A stretch of 64,000 bases of DNA from the NCBI RefSeq assembly GCF_009914755.1, contig NC_060928.1; one strand, given 5' to 3'. Positions within the stretch are counted from its first letter, which is position 1, and each line of letters opens with the position of its first letter. A model generated the notes under the pieces. That model was not told the DNA's origin, did no database searches, and saw only the letters and a list, made by a program, of their open reading frames with translations. The translations under genes were made by a program, and so were the position numbers. Shown in pieces: positions 12,970 to 28,229 of the stretch. The DNA comes from the human T2T-CHM13v2.0 reference genome, Homo sapiens.

Positions 12970-13400
12970 CAAGCCTGTTAAGCTTCCTTACATATTTGTG
13001 AACACATCAGACTTGTTCTCAAGTCAGGATTGTTATACTTGTGAATCCCTGTTCCTGAGATCTCTTTTTCCCAAATATACAGGAGGCTCACTCCCTTTCC
13101 TCCTCCATGTATTTGCACAAGTATCACTTTTTCATTGAGGCCTTCTCTGAACACACTATTTAAATTGTAACTATGCCTCTGACACTCTCTGCCTTCTTTT
13201 CCTGTTTCATTAATTTTTTTTGTAATAACTACTAACAGTCTTTTAAATGCTATGGATTTTGCTTTTTTTTTGTATGCAGATTTTCTAGAACCACTAGAAT
13301 AGAGATGTTTTTTGACTGTTTTGATCAGATACATATCCCTAGTACCTAGAAGTGTGCTTGGCACATGTTAAGCACTCAAAAAATACATAATTGTTGAAAA
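12970..13400 (+). mobile_element. L2 3' end
   Basis: cctagtacctagaagtgtgcttggcacatgttaagcactcaaaaaatac resembles the L2 terminus. Confidence 0.7.
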
Positions 13401-13409
13401 GATAAAATG

Positions 13410-14790
13410 GATTAAAGGTAAAATTTAAAGAAACAATGGCTTAGAATATTGCAGAACTAATGAATGTCACAAATTCTCAGATACAGAAAGCCCAATAAAC
13501 TTCACATAAAATAAATAAAAAGAAGTTCATACTAGACACATCATAGTGAAACTTCAGAAAGTCAAAGACAAAGGGAAGGTCTTTAAAATTGTCAGATAAA
13601 AGGACCAGATTATCTTCAAGCTAGTTACTTGAGTCTGAGAGGTAGCTTCCGGACAGTATTGATAGACTCCTGAAGACTGAGGATAACTTGTGAACCTAGA
13701 ACTCCATACTGTAAACACATTTTTAAAGAGATATCACAAAAGAAATAGCTCTAACCTCTGACCCAGGCAATCAGGATCCTTGCCCTGGGCCCAGCATTGT
13801 ACAAAGCTCCTTTCTGGCCTTGCCCTGTCCTCACCCCTCAAAATGGAGACTGATTTTGTAAACAGAACTTAGACATGCAGGCTGGGGTGTCTACACAGTA
13901 TTCTTATGGTGAGGGAGGAGGCTAGGGATAGGAAGAGAATATGGAGTAAGGTATAAACTAAAATCTTCCATTTTGTCTTATGCTATGATTTCAATAAATG
14001 TTATTGATGGAATAAACAAAGACTTTTAGAGAAGTATTATGGGTGGCACATGTACAAATAAAGACCTTTTTCAGATAAACAAAATCTAGCTGTTTACCAC
14101 CAGCAGATTCTTGCAAAGAAATTCTATCACTATACTTGACTCAGAAAAAAATTAGTCTTATGTAAAAGACATGTGAGGACAGAAGAAAGGAAAAGCATAG
14201 AAAAGTGTAAAAATGTGAGTAAATCTAAACAAATACTGACTATATACAATAATTAGAGTATATCGCACAGTAAAAGATATAATTGCATAACATTTACGTA
14301 GATGAATGAGTCCACATCTTTATATTTTCTGGGAGCAGGATAAAGGTATTCATTCACCTTAGAATTAGGTAAGTTTAATATTTACATTGTAGTCTTTAGA
14401 ACATTCTAAAGCAGATAAATATATTCCAAAATAGGAGGAAAAATATAATGGAAAGAGTAAAAAGAATCAATTCCGAGGAGGCAAAAAAAAAAAGAAAGAA
14501 ATAACATGAACCAAATAAAACAAATACAAAACTCAAAATTAGATAATAAAGAAAAACACAAATATACTAGTAATTACATTAAATGTAAATGAACTGAATG
14601 GGTCAGTGAAAATCAAATATTATCAGATGGGATTTAAAATATCCAACAGTATTCTGTTCAGTAGAGATGTGTAAGAATATAGAAAGATTAAAAGCACAAT
14701 GATGAAAAAAAGAAAAAGCAAATCCTAATCAAAAGAAACTTGGTGCACCTATGTTAATGTCTAGAAAAAAAAAAAGACTCTAACAAAACA
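13410..14790 (+). mobile_element. Ancient L1ME-like ORF1 to ORF2-start remnant (fragmented)
   Basis: ORF1-like actagacacatcatagtgaaacttcagaaa and ORF2-start-like aattacattaaatgtaaatgaactgaat. Confidence 0.6.
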
Positions 14791-16569
14791 GTAGTCCTCC
14801 ACCACTGGCCTGGACACAGCTTGGCTGCTCCTACCAAAGAAAAGCTTCAATACTGCTGCTGGAAATTGCCTCGGTGAATGAATTCTCCTCTCATCTTTAT
14901 GTTGCTAGTGTTCGTTTCAACAACAACCCTGCGTTGTTTATGGCTGTACTATTAGTGGCTGCAGTGACTTCTTTTTTGGATCCTTGAGTAGGAAAAATGC
15001 CAACAACGTTTCCTCTCTTTTTCTTTTAGTTTATTTATTTGGAGGAAAGTGGGAGGCTTTAATTATCTGGATAATTGCTTCTGGTTTGTAATTTATTAAC
15101 GGATTGCACAATCTTGCAAAAAACATCATGACAAGGAGTAAGTTGTTCTAAAGAACAGAGGCAGAGTCCCAGTGTCTTGACTACCAATTACTTTATGGTT
15201 TGGATTTCTTAAGATGTAAAAAAGGAGTAATATAAAATATTGCTATGGCAAATATAAATCTTCTATTCCAACTATAGCACCAGATGCTAAGATTCATAGA
15301 AATTACTACTTAGAAGGATTTCACCTTTCCTTTTTATGCCTTTCTCTGAATGGGATTTCTGATTTATTGTTACATCTACAAGAAAACTACCTAAAATAAC
15401 CTTAAATAATTAAAAGTATAAAATTCAATCTCACAAAGACAAATAGGTTGTCTCACATCTTCCCCCAAGTCACACAGCATTGAGCCATTTGTGATACGAA
15501 GTTCTGCCTAACAGTGATCCCTTAGCCTAAACTATCACTACAAGGCAGCTGGCAATTTGACAGGGAGAGACAAGCTGATAGCTTTTCCTCAAACATCAAG
15601 CATGCACTGTGTTTGCAGTGCCAAGCTGGATTTGACATTTAATTAAAAAAAGTATCTTAACATAGGTCTACACAAAAATCGAGGCTGTTGCAACAAAATC
15701 AATTTTGTCTTATTTAAAGCTGGAAAAGCTTGATGCCCCAAAGGCAGAATTTTTATAAGAAAAGTATCACTGCTCTACCAGCGGGAATACTGAGGGTATT
15801 AAAAATAATGTATTTTGACTAGTTTATGGCATTGGACTTGGCTCAGGACTGCATATAATAACTGTTTATTAAACAAGTTGAGCTGCTATAAATAAAAGAA
15901 TCCGTTGCTATAATTAGCTTGTGATTCGTACAAAAGTATAATCAGCTTCATACAAAAAATATATTTATACATACATACATACACGGGTCTATATACACAT
16001 ATGTATGTGTCACTGTATATAGACACACATTCACATACACACACATACACATACACATATATGTGCTCATAAAAAGATTTTCGGAAACAATAATACTTTG
16101 ATCATATTTTGCAGAACACATATACATGCGTTCTTATAATATATTTAGTGATAAGCAGAATCAATATAGTTTCATCATATTATCAAACTAACCAAATGAA
16201 AGGTTAATATAGTTAAGCATGTCAACAAGAATTAAAAAAACAGAAAAATTTTGTTAGAGAAATAATATTTTTCAGTCTCATGCTGTTCAGTATATTTGGC
16301 TTATTTGTTTGTGTTTGATTTCTTGCAGGGTGAAGAAAACATAATATTCTTTATTAACCATTTCATATCAAAATACTTAGGATATAATGAGAAACTATGT
16401 CAAATTTAAAGTGTAGCTAAAAATTTCACTTTTTAAACATTGTATAGTTAAAATTTTCACTTTTTAACTATAAAATTAATTTCACCATCTCTTTATTAAA
16501 TCGTAAGTATGAAGTAACAAATATCAAGTCTGGCATACAACACATTGTTCACACTTGCTGGATTACTAG

Positions 16570-17047
16570 TTGTCCAGTTGTCTGCTTTGCACTGTTGGTG
16601 CCCACTTCTAAGGACTCCTCTAGAGTGCAGAGAAGTCAGAAACTACGTTTCCCAGAATACCCTTTCTTATATATGATTCCAAGTTAGAGTTTAACAATAA
16701 AAGGAACTTGCGCACATTTAGAAGAAGTTACAGTTCCCTCAGGAAGTCATGATAGACACACGCCAGTGCTTCAAATATCTCCCTGATGTCCCTGTTTCTC
16801 TGTGAACACTAGAACTTGAAGTAATTCCCCAGCCAACAATGGATTCTTCTTGTTCAGTGCTTCAGCCTAATGTCAGCAGTGACTGGTTCTTGACCCTCTG
16901 AACCTACATTACCATCCCTCTACTCACTAATTACCCCACGCCCCACCTCCTTCTCACATTCCCATATCCTCAGCTTCTACATTAATTACTTTCTTTTCTC
17001 AATTCTTAGAGCAGTTCTGGTTTCCTAACCAAACTGAGACTAATACA
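16570..17047 (+). mobile_element. Old ERVL LTR (LTR33-like)
   Basis: aaactacgtttcccagaat motif and terminal ctgagactaataca. Confidence 0.45.
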
Positions 17048-17789
17048 CCTTTACCCAAAAAGATAATAGATGCTATGTATTAGAACATTACAGCAGTGCG
17101 ATCTCAAGGCAGGTTTGGTACAACATTCCAAAAACAATAAACAAACATCTAAAATTGTCTCTCCTTTTAAAGGTTAATGACTTCAGTAAGAGATGTTGAT
17201 GGCCTTTGAGGGTAATACTTTATTTTCTATTGCTTATAAAGGTCTGAAGTGATGCTTCTTTAAGCTGCTACCAATCACGTACTTGCTAGTGTAAATGAAA
17301 AACATTAGCTAGAACCCTCAGCCATGACCACGCCATTAAAATGAGTTTTAAGGCCTTACACATATACCTGAGCTACAATTTTCCCCAAAGCAGAGAAAGG
17401 GGACTACCATTCACTTTTCTATTAAGATAGAATTTAAAAGAAGCTTTTATAATGATGTTACAATTTTATAAAACTTGGACTCATTTATTTCACATACAGC
17501 TATTATTTCGTCCTTTTCTCCTCTACTATAAACAACCTTAAAGGGAGACAAAAAACTTGTTCATCCTTCTCAAAGTTTTTTCATGAGTATATACTCTATG
17601 AAATTTTAAATAATAATAATAAAGTGAAAACACAGAAAGCTTGAAAGTATTCCCTAATGGAAGGACTAGTAAGATTTCAGTCAAATTATATATTTACATA
17701 ATTTATCGGATTCATCCACAACGAGGTAAAAATAATAAAAAACATATTTCTTCCTTTAAACAGGAAGTCAAAAATGATCTCTTATTACC

Positions 17790-17814
17790 TCTCCCTCTCT
17801 CTCTCTCTTTCCTT

Positions 17815-17864
<50 letters not shown>
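17790..17864. repeat. Compound (CT)n(CA)n microsatellite
   Basis: Seen directly. Confidence 0.95.
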
Positions 17865-17866
<2 letters not shown>

Positions 17867-19169
17867 ATAAAACCATTTAAGGTTTAAATGTTACTAACTG
17901 GCATCATATGTTTTGCAACCTTTAATTCTCAAAACAATCTTATATTGGTGGGAGGAATAAATGCAGACTTCTGAAATTTCAATTTCTTTATGAAGCCTTG
18001 ATTTCCATCTCTAACAGAATTTCACTCTCCCTTCACTGAGCCCCTGTGTTCTATGTGGATTTTGACCACAGCGACATAATCACTTAATATTTGTTTTGTT
18101 TCCTCTATTACACTGTAAACTTCTTGAAGAAAAAGGTATTTCTAGTTCTAAATGGATGCTTGTTGAACGAATACATAAATGAGAAACTAGTTTTTCTCTG
18201 TGAAGTTGGAAGCAATAGCATCAACTTAGAGTTATGAAAAAAAAAGATGAATAGACATCAAAGAAGGACAAGCAGGCTTAGAATAGAACACTTCACATTC
18301 ATAGTGCAAGCCAAGGAAAGCCCACAAAGAAGATGAATTCAGACAATGGTGACAAATAATATTTTTGCTCCCTACTTCTGTTCAAAAGTTAACAGTATGC
18401 TTCCTCCTTCCATCTCTCTCTACATTCCCCACTATCTACTGATTCCATTAAAATGAAGGCCATGTTTTATTTTATATCTGTTAGAGAAGAGATTTTCTCT
18501 AAAGCAATAGAATTAGAAGGGTAAAATATTGGAAAAAAATAATAAAGAGTAATCTAATAAAGAATGAACTCTAATAAAGAGTTCACAGAAGTCCACTTCA
18601 TTTGTGGCAGTATGATTGAATGAGCGCACCTCTGGTTAAGGAGTGAGGGTCAGAAACTTTCAAGGTTCTGTTAGAGGGATGTTGGATATTGTGCTTTGGA
18701 GCTGGCACAATGAAGTATAGCATTAGACTGGGAGAAGGCCTTCTCCCTGCCTCTAGCGAGATCAGAATCATTCCAATATCCCAAAGATGAGAATTTCTCA
18801 GATTATCTAAAAACAACTTACTTACTAGGGATGTCAGCATTTTAGGATGGAACAATGGTGAGACTTCTTACAAGCTGCTCACAGCCATGGGCAAATGGTA
18901 GCAGGAGCAAGACAGCAGAATCAGGGACAATTTGGCATGGAGAAAGAAGCTTATAAATTCCCATGTGGTTACTTGCAAAGTGTCATTGTCAGACTCCCAA
19001 AAATCATGACTTGACAGGGTGAAAAAGAGAGCAATGTTCATACTAGTACATAGGTCAGGGCTATAAAATCAAGATTCATTTGACCGACAAGTAAAAGGAT
19101 TGCCAAATAATTTTGAGGGCCCAGCTGAAATTGGAAAGCATAAATCTGCTTCACATGACAGAATAAGGA

Positions 19170-19760
19170 TGAAATCCATTAGAAGGTTATATCAGTGATC
19201 CAGGTAAAAATGGATGAATTTTGAATTAATACGATGTCAGTTGGAAATTAGATAAGAAAATGAATGCAAGAGGTATTCAGAGTGTAGAATCTATAACAAT
19301 TTATGGCAAATTGAACATAGAATTCATTGAGAGCAAGAAGGTTAGCTGTGGCTCTCACTTGTAAGGCTTGGGTAATCAGTGGTGGTTTAACTCACAGAGT
19401 CAGGGAGAAAAGGAGGAAGAGAAAATTTTATTAAAAAGATGATTTGAGGGTCAATGGCATTTACAAGGTGTTTGAAACTCTTGTAGTGCTTATGAAACCA
19501 CCAAGAAAGAGTACATATAATGACGAGGGCAGCAGAACACAGGCAAATCACAGGAAAACAAAACATAAGGGATACGTGTATAAAGAAGACAGGGCATATG
19601 AAAGTAAAATGAAAATCAAGAGACTGTGATGACAAAAAAGCAAAGGAAGAGAAATTTTCAAGAAGGGAGTGTTCCACTGGTTTAAATTTTGCTGAAACTT
19701 CAATGTAGTACAAGGTATGCAAGCACTTAATTAACTTTACAAGGCAGCTCAGCAAAACCA
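19170..19760 (-). mobile_element. L2 fragment
   Basis: Purine-rich antisense L2-like motifs (aattttcaagaagggagtgttccactggtttaaattttgctga). Confidence 0.45.
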
Positions 19761-20579
19761 ATATGATTGTGACATAAAGGCAAGAGGTAGATAGAGGGCT
19801 GAGTGATTAATTTTGACTAGGAACACTTTCTTTGTACACTCCCCAGAGAAATCGCACCAATATAGCAATAACTAAACGAGTGAATTCCAAATGTTTTGAT
19901 CACAAATACATCTCAGTAAAAATAAAATTAAACATAATTATTACAGGCTTATTTTAGAACATCATGAATATAATCATTGATAGAAAAAGTACTTTGAAAT
20001 AAATAAAGCCCATAGAAAATCAAGTGTAGAAGAATATAAAATTGTGGACCCAGAGAGTGAAATCTGAGGAAGAGTGTTTTGATTGAAAGTGAGCACAATC
20101 TTACTATGTCATCCGTTACAACGTTCTTTGCCATAGTCAATTCAAGGTTTAAGAAAGATTCAAAGAGAGAAACAGAGTGTTACTATTGAAGAAATATATA
20201 TTTAAAAATTCGGCTATCAAGAATGTATCCATAATAATTTCCTAATACAGATTCAGAGGCAAGCTATTATAGTTATTATGATAGCCCATCTCTCCAGATA
20301 TTTGTTGGAAATTCCCATTTTGTTGAAAGTTTTATTTTTCCAAGCTTAGGAAATATGTCCAATTTTAAACATTATCACCAGAGACATCTAAAATTAGTTA
20401 TGGGGGTCCCTGGTACACTTTTATCATTTTAAAATGCTTGAAAATAACTGAATACTTAAGAATAACTACATATAACCTACTATTTTGGTTTGGAAATAAA
20501 GTATTATGAGCAATGCATTTTAATGGGAAAACAATGAGAAAAGGGCTTTTGTGATAAAAATGAAGAATTATTTACTGAT

Positions 20580-21300
20580 TCATTTCTAATGACTTCACAG
20601 TGATGAACAAGAAGGAATAACTTGATGAGGAAGAAATGGCAACTGAGAGAGAAAGTAATTTTGTCATCATAGAATTTTGATAGCCATGAAATTGAAGACT
20701 GGGCATAATGATTAATTTATTCTCGACTTTGGGAAGACAGACTTCTAAAAATTCGGGTAGAAAGAATGTGCTAATTCATATCTCAGAGTGGACAATTATT
20801 CAAGCAATCGAATGCTCTCAGAGAAAGTATTTCTGGCTATGTAGTTATTTGTGAGGAAGAAAAATAAGATTTATCTTAAAAATTTATTACATTTGCCACT
20901 GATCTTCCTGCAAATTAAATTCTGGAAGAATATTTACATTGATATGAAAACAAGAACATGTAATAAGATGTAAATAAAACAAAAACCAATATGAAAGTTA
21001 GTGAGTATCACAGAATTGTAAGAATAGTATTAGCTGAGGCTTGTAACAATTTTTGAAAATTTAAAGTTTGTTTTTGTTAAATACACGAGAACAAAGTTAA
21101 CAATAAATGGATAGGTTCACTGCCTGGAGTTGATGGTATTAAGTTAATGGGTAACATTGCAAAAATACATGACACCATATTGTTTCTGTGTTTTCCATAA
21201 ATGGAAAAAGGGAAAATTTGCAAGGGTAAATGGAAAACTAAGACTAGAAAAATGATGATTAAAATGCTTCTCACTGCTCTATATGAGGTCAAGTCTCTTG
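20580..21300 (+). mobile_element. CR1/L3 LINE ORF2 remnant (end of endonuclease region)
   Basis: Decayed DNA resembling CR1 ORF2 words NKEEL...ESDHVILEF...LDFRKADF (e.g. ctcgactttgggaagacagacttc = LDFGKTDF). Confidence 0.5.
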
Positions 21301-21789
21301 GCTGGGAAAAATGTCATTTGAGGAGACTATAAGTAATTGTAGATGGGATTGTTTGAATATGATGATAAATCTTTGAGTAATTACGAGGAAATGAAAATAC
21401 ATCAAAACAATAAAAATTGGAAAATTTGTTTTTTTTGTTTTTTCTGAAGGGAAAAGAATCGTGATGGGACATATAAGATTAATATTTGAAAAAGAAGAGC
21501 TGGCAACTAAAAACCAAATGGACTTATGAGGAAAACATTAATATTTTCTATTCAATATTCTCAACATTGTCAAGTTGAGAAACTGTAGTAATCATCTGGA
21601 GACAGGGATTAAAAGCAAGATTTAAGTTTGTTGAAAAAATGTAGCTGAGGTATTGAGGAAGAAGTTAAATAATGGAATCGGTGTCTAAAATATACTAGTG
21701 GAAAGAAAATAAAAAGAGCAAGTTTATTATGAAAATAATGTGTGGCACTTTCACAACAAGTCTGTGAAATAGATAGTGTATATACTTAA

Positions 21790-21915
21790 AGTTAATAAAA
21801 TTGAGTCTTAGAGGAAATTATTAACCTGCACTGGGTCATTCAGCTGGTAGTGGAAAAACTAAAATACAAATCTACATCTTGCTGACTTCAAAGCCTGGGT
21901 TAGATTGCTCTGCCT
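21790..21915 (-). mobile_element. MIR fragment
   Basis: aaaattgagtcttagagg...ggtcattcagctggtagtgg...ctgacttcaaagcc resembles the MIR core. Confidence 0.6.
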
Positions 21916-22079
21916 TAAGTACAGTTCAGAAAACTAAAACGTTCAAAAACGTGGCTAAATGGGATGAACGAAAAGACATGTACTTTATGACACACATTTA
22001 AAGTATCCAATTGAATAAAAAGAAGAAAGATATTGTTTAAGAGCGGCACATTTTATGTGAAAATACATTGTTTTATCCA

Positions 22080-22936
<857 letters not shown>

Positions 22937-23287
22937 TCAGTCATGTGCCAGGCAAATTAATACCCAATAGAATTCCACGAGCTAGGCATTGACATCTGGG
23001 TTAGACTTCCTTCTAATATGATCATGGGTGATGTATTCTCACTTAAGGCAATGGAAAACTTTATACCCAAGACAACAAGGCAAGAAAAAAAAAAACATGA
23101 GGAAAGCTGAGGTCAAAAGGACATGAAGGGTATAGAACAGAGAGCTTACAGGGAAAATAGAAAGGGTACACAGAAAATGCTGAATAGTTACCTGTTGAAT
23201 TAATAACTAAATGATGAAATGTACTTCTATAATATTTTCTTATGTGCTGTTATTAAATCATATCAGAAGAAGTTCCATATAAATTAT

Positions 23288-23873
23288 TGTGGAGGGAGTA
23301 ATGGATTAACCTTATCCAAAGAGAGTTCTGGCTTTTGGCCTTTGCTTCTGGGAGGTGACTCTTAAAACGTCTTCCCTTGGAGTCTTTGTTTACTGGGGGC
23401 CTTGGACTACTATAACAATAGGATATATGATGGGGACTTTGGACCCACCAGATAGTCTAGGCTAACATTATGATTTATTATGGGGTCTTTAGGCCACCAA
23501 AGCTATACCTTTGGTCAGGTCAACCCCTAAAGGTATTGGATACTAAGGCCAGCCACCTGGGCAACTACATCTACCTGACCATGACCCATTAAAACTCTGT
23601 CACACATTATTGCTGGGAGAAGTTACCACTTTTTACAACTCCGCTGGGAGAAAACAACTCATGTTTGAAACTCTTCCCTGTGAATTTATTTCTCTGCTAA
23701 TTTTAATCTGAGTATTTTCCTGTAATAAACCATAACCACAAGTAAAGCAGCTTTCAGTGAGTTCTGCAAATCTTTCTAATGATTTATGAGACTTGCAAAT
23801 GGTCTTGGGGTTCCCCCAAACTTGCAATTGGTTTCAGGAGTGAAGGTGATCTTGATGCCTCCTGAACCTCTCA
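23288..23873 (+). mobile_element. ERVL solo LTR (MER21C/MER77-like)
   Basis: TG...CA ends, near-TSD attat/agtat, motifs ccaaagagagttctggc and ctgtaataaaccataaccacaag...gtgagttctg. Confidence 0.7.
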
Positions 23874-25073
23874 AGTATGAAGGAAAAAATGGCCAGTAAT
23901 CTTGGGCCAGAAAGTCAGGGGAAAATGTGAGAGTAACATTAGGAGTAACATAGAAAAGAAAAGAAAGTATAACAAAGTTTAGCGCAATTTATAAGAAAAC
24001 GTAATAGTGTTTGGATCTTCCCTTATTGAGGAAAGGGAGGTATGTTTAATGAGTTGGTCATTCAGCTAAAAGGCTAGGCAACCAAATAAGAAGCACATCC
24101 TTCCTCAGAGACTTTTCCCCTAGCAAGGTAGTTTGGTTTGGGATTCTCTTGATTAACAGTGATAGAGCTTCTTAGATGTTCTTAGTAGAAAGATAATGAA
24201 TAATGGTTTGTATCACTTTGAATCAAAAAAAAATAGAGTGGTTTATCAGGTGTGTCTGCGACAGATGGGTGGAAGGGAGCCAGATGGTGTCTACCACTGT
24301 GGTATCCAAACTTTGGCTATTCCCTCACAGTTGCCCAAAACAATGCCCAAAGATGGCTAGCACATGCCCTTTTCTGCTTCATGGTATTCCGGTGAGTATG
24401 CTGCAGATTATTTTGAGTGGATTGTCGCTTCCTTGAGATACAAAATCACAATTGCCATATCTGAATCTTGATAATTGTAATGTAAAAACAGTTCCTGGAT
24501 TGCTTCCCCTAGAAGATAGAGATGCCTTAATTTTGCAGTTATAAGGTGAGGCACCCATACATTATTCAGAAAGCAAACAATAATCTTATTTATTATGCAA
24601 AGATTTAAAGAGTGATTCTGTGAAAGGACAGGATTTAATAAAGTCTCTTCAGAGAAACATTCCAGCTAAACAAAGATGAATTTTCTTAAAGAGTTCTGCA
24701 TTGGTTAAGTGTGTTATTTAATTTTTTTTTCATTATTAAAGCTCTTTAAGTACAAGCTAAAAGTCTTTTTTGTATGTAAATTACAGAAGGAATTCAAACT
24801 GGGTTAATTTGGTTGGCTTAACTGCTAAATTAAATAAACCCAAAAATATACGAAGACAAAAACAGAATAAGTTTAATTCTCCTTCCCATAGTAATTTAAA
24901 GTAGGTATTCCTGAAGAACCAGCTGCTTTTAGCTAATCTTGATTCAGAAAACAGTGTTCATACAGCTTCAATCTCTGCTGTTCCCTAAAACATTGCAATT
25001 CTCTGCATTAAGTATAGATAGAGTATGAGGCAACTTGGAGGAGATACATCTGTTTCTTAAAAGTATTGGTTCT

Positions 25074-25206
25074 GGCCAAGCATTATGGTGTGCACATGTA
25101 ATCCCAGCTATTTGGGATGCTGAGGCAGGAGAATCCATTGAGCCACAGAGTTCAAGACCAGTCTGGGCAACACAGCAAGACCCCTGTCTCAAACAAACAA
25201 ACAGAC
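25074..25206 (+). mobile_element. Free left Alu monomer (FLAM)
   Basis: Single monomer with (AAAC)n tail and a degenerate 15-bp TSD, aaaagtattggttct / aaaaatcttggtcct. Confidence 0.85.
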
Positions 25207-25399
25207 AAAAATCTTGGTCCTTCAAGAGCAGACATTACTTCCATTCAAAGTCCACAATTTAAATGAAGCTAGTTGCTAGTTGTCACTCAGAATAAAAGAA
25301 AAAGCAATTGTTTTCTTGAGTATCTAGCAACCTCTTATGATTAGCCATTAATGTTTAACTCCCTAAATTGTTATAGATATTGCCTTCTACTCTATAAGC

Positions 25400-26300
25400 C
25401 TATTCCGTATTTAACCACATGATTGTGAAAACATTGAAGGTAGTGGATATCAATGGGTAATACATACAAATTCACTCAGAACTAATCATGTAAAACTAAC
25501 ACAGTTTCTTTCTTTGGGGTTCTCTCAATTAGAAATCTTATTTGTCAGAGACCTTGAAAAAACATTTCGGGATATTCTGCTGTTCAAGAAAGATAGTTGA
25601 GAAGTACATTGCAGTAGATTTAGATAAATTCATACCTACTCTAACAACATGACCCAGAATTGGTGTAAATATATCAGTATTTGTCTGGAGAAGATGTCTG
25701 TAATGGTGTTCTTAAGGACTTAAACTTGGCCCTGTACTCATGGAAAGGTTTAAAATGCCTAAAGATGTAGAAGTTTTTTATTTATCAAACTGTGACTGCC
25801 ACCAAGTGGAGTAAAGTTTAATAAGTTAATAGAATCAAAATCGGTAAGGACATGGACATTCAACAACCAAGGTCTCTAATAGGTAATAAGTATGGTAGAA
25901 CTGCATATGGATGAAGAAAAAGTTCCTGTTTGGGTTTGAATACATTAAGCACACAGCAACTACTGATAATTTGAAAAAGAGCTGTGAGTTTAAGTTGATT
26001 ATAAATTCAATGGAACCATCAATTTACTGTAAAAAATATCTAAAGCAAATTTAGGATACATGAGTAGAAAAAAGTATTTTCTCAGGAAAATAGAGTTCTT
26101 CTGAATGCTGTGCTCTGATCAGCATATCTGGAAAACTTTAATTTCTAGGCAACACATTCCAAGAAGGATATTAGCAAATGTAGGGTGTCCTGAATTAGTG
26201 ACCAGAATTATAAAAATTTACACACTACTTTGCGAATAATAATTGAGTGAATTAAAATTCTTTAGAGACAAAAAGGAAATACTTAAGGAAATAATTAGCA
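25400..26300 (+). mobile_element. CR1/L3 LINE RT and 3' remnant
   Basis: 25468-25515 translates to KFTQN*SCKTNTVSFF (CR1 RT motif GFTKNKSCQTNLISFF). Downstream sequence is L3-like (atttaggatacatgagtagaa, tgctctgatcagcatatctgg). Confidence 0.6.
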
Positions 26301-26529
26301 AAAGATTTTTCTTGTGGTAGCAAAATTAGCTCTATCTAATCTTCCAATCCCACTGGGTGAACATCATTTTGTGTGAATGTATTATTGTTATACTATTATT
26401 TTTGGATAATTGCTATATTGTTCATATTAATGTTCCTTGTTATATTTTTATAATAGCTGACCTAGATTATTATATAGGCAAGATGATAGGGCTTCGCCTG
26501 GACTGTATAAGATATTTCTAACACATTCT

Positions 26530-26690
26530 CAGCAGGTAGGAATTATTATCCCCATGTCACACACGCCATTGCTGGAGACACAGGTTATCTAATGCACACA
26601 TGCTCACACTACTAATAAGTGATAGAACCTGGATTGTAGTCAAGAAATGTTCACCACAGAGTCCTGCTCCAATTACCACAACATTGCCAT
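26530..26690 (-). mobile_element. MIR fragment
   Basis: aggtaggaattattatccccat...cacactactaataagtgatagaacctggatt resembles the MIR core. Confidence 0.6.
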
Positions 26691-26796
26691 CCTGAGAAGT
26701 GGAGAATGTTCTGGAAAGCATATACAAATCTCAAATTATTTGCCCCACAAGAGAGCTATATGTCTAAACTGGAAATAAGAAGAAACTAGATACACA

Positions 26797-27203
<407 letters not shown>

Positions 27204-27491
27204 TTATTATGTACATGTATGTATGATTTTATTATGTATATTATTTTGCCTTGTTTTTTTCTAGTTACCTGGGCAGCTTGTCTTGAAAAGGAGTACTATT
27301 GCTTTGTAAGCATTAGCACAAAGGAATTTCATTATGTGACTGGATATTTTGGTGTTTGCCATATTTTTGTTCCTGCTGTTTCTTTTGAATAAAATGCCTG
27401 CCCATATTCTCCTACTCCCATATTTCAACCATCCTTTTAAGGACTTTTAGGTTGTCAACTTCTCTGTAGAATTTTTCTTGATTTCCTACTG

Positions 27492-27845
27492 GTGATGGTT
27501 AATTTTATGCGTGAATTGGAGTAGTCTATGATCACTAGTTGTTTGGTCAAATGCTAGTCTAAATGTTGGTGCATTTTTTAGATGTCATTAATATTTAGAA
27601 TCAGTTGAATTTAAGAAAAGCAGATTAGCTTCTATAATGTGAATGGGCCTCATCCAATCACTTGAAAGCCATTAGGGAAAAAATGAAAGGTTCTCAAAGA
27701 AGAATAATTCTGCCTCCCGACTGCAAAATAGAAATTCTGCCTGAATTTTTAGCCTTCAGACTCAAGTCTACATGTCAACTCCTACCTGCTTCTCCAGCCT
27801 GCCAGCTTGCCCTACAGATTCTTCACTTGCTGATCCCACTAATTT
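27492..27845 (+). mobile_element. MLT2 (ERVL) LTR fragment
   Basis: gtgatggttaattttatg start and tgggcctcatccaatcacttgaa motif. Confidence 0.75.
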
Positions 27846-28229
27846 AGGATATGCTTTAAAAACACCTTCATATGATTCACTTGTATTTTGAACCTTCTCT
27901 AAATCACACTCATTGTTAAACTTTTTTTCAAATTCCTCCCAAAAGGCCTTACACGCATTTTTTTCAAAACAGTGAAAGTGGCAGAGGTTCTAATTAAATC
28001 CATGGTTGAGAACTAACTCAACCTGACTTTAGACGAAATCTAATGGTGCACACTCAAACTTCCATATGGAAAGAAGAATTTTGGAATAAAAGTATAAAGA
28101 GGAAGTAAAGGAGATCCTTATGGAAAACGTTTATATTTACTGACACTGACTATACAAAATATATAGTAAGTTGGTGGGCATAAAAAGCATCTCTCTCTCC
28201 CATCTATTTGAAATACAGTCAAGAAATAA

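Noticed and set aside
12978-13364. 128-aa minus-strand ORF (and the 124-aa ORF at 19387-19761)
   Set aside because: Both lie in decayed L2 sequence with no recognisable domain.
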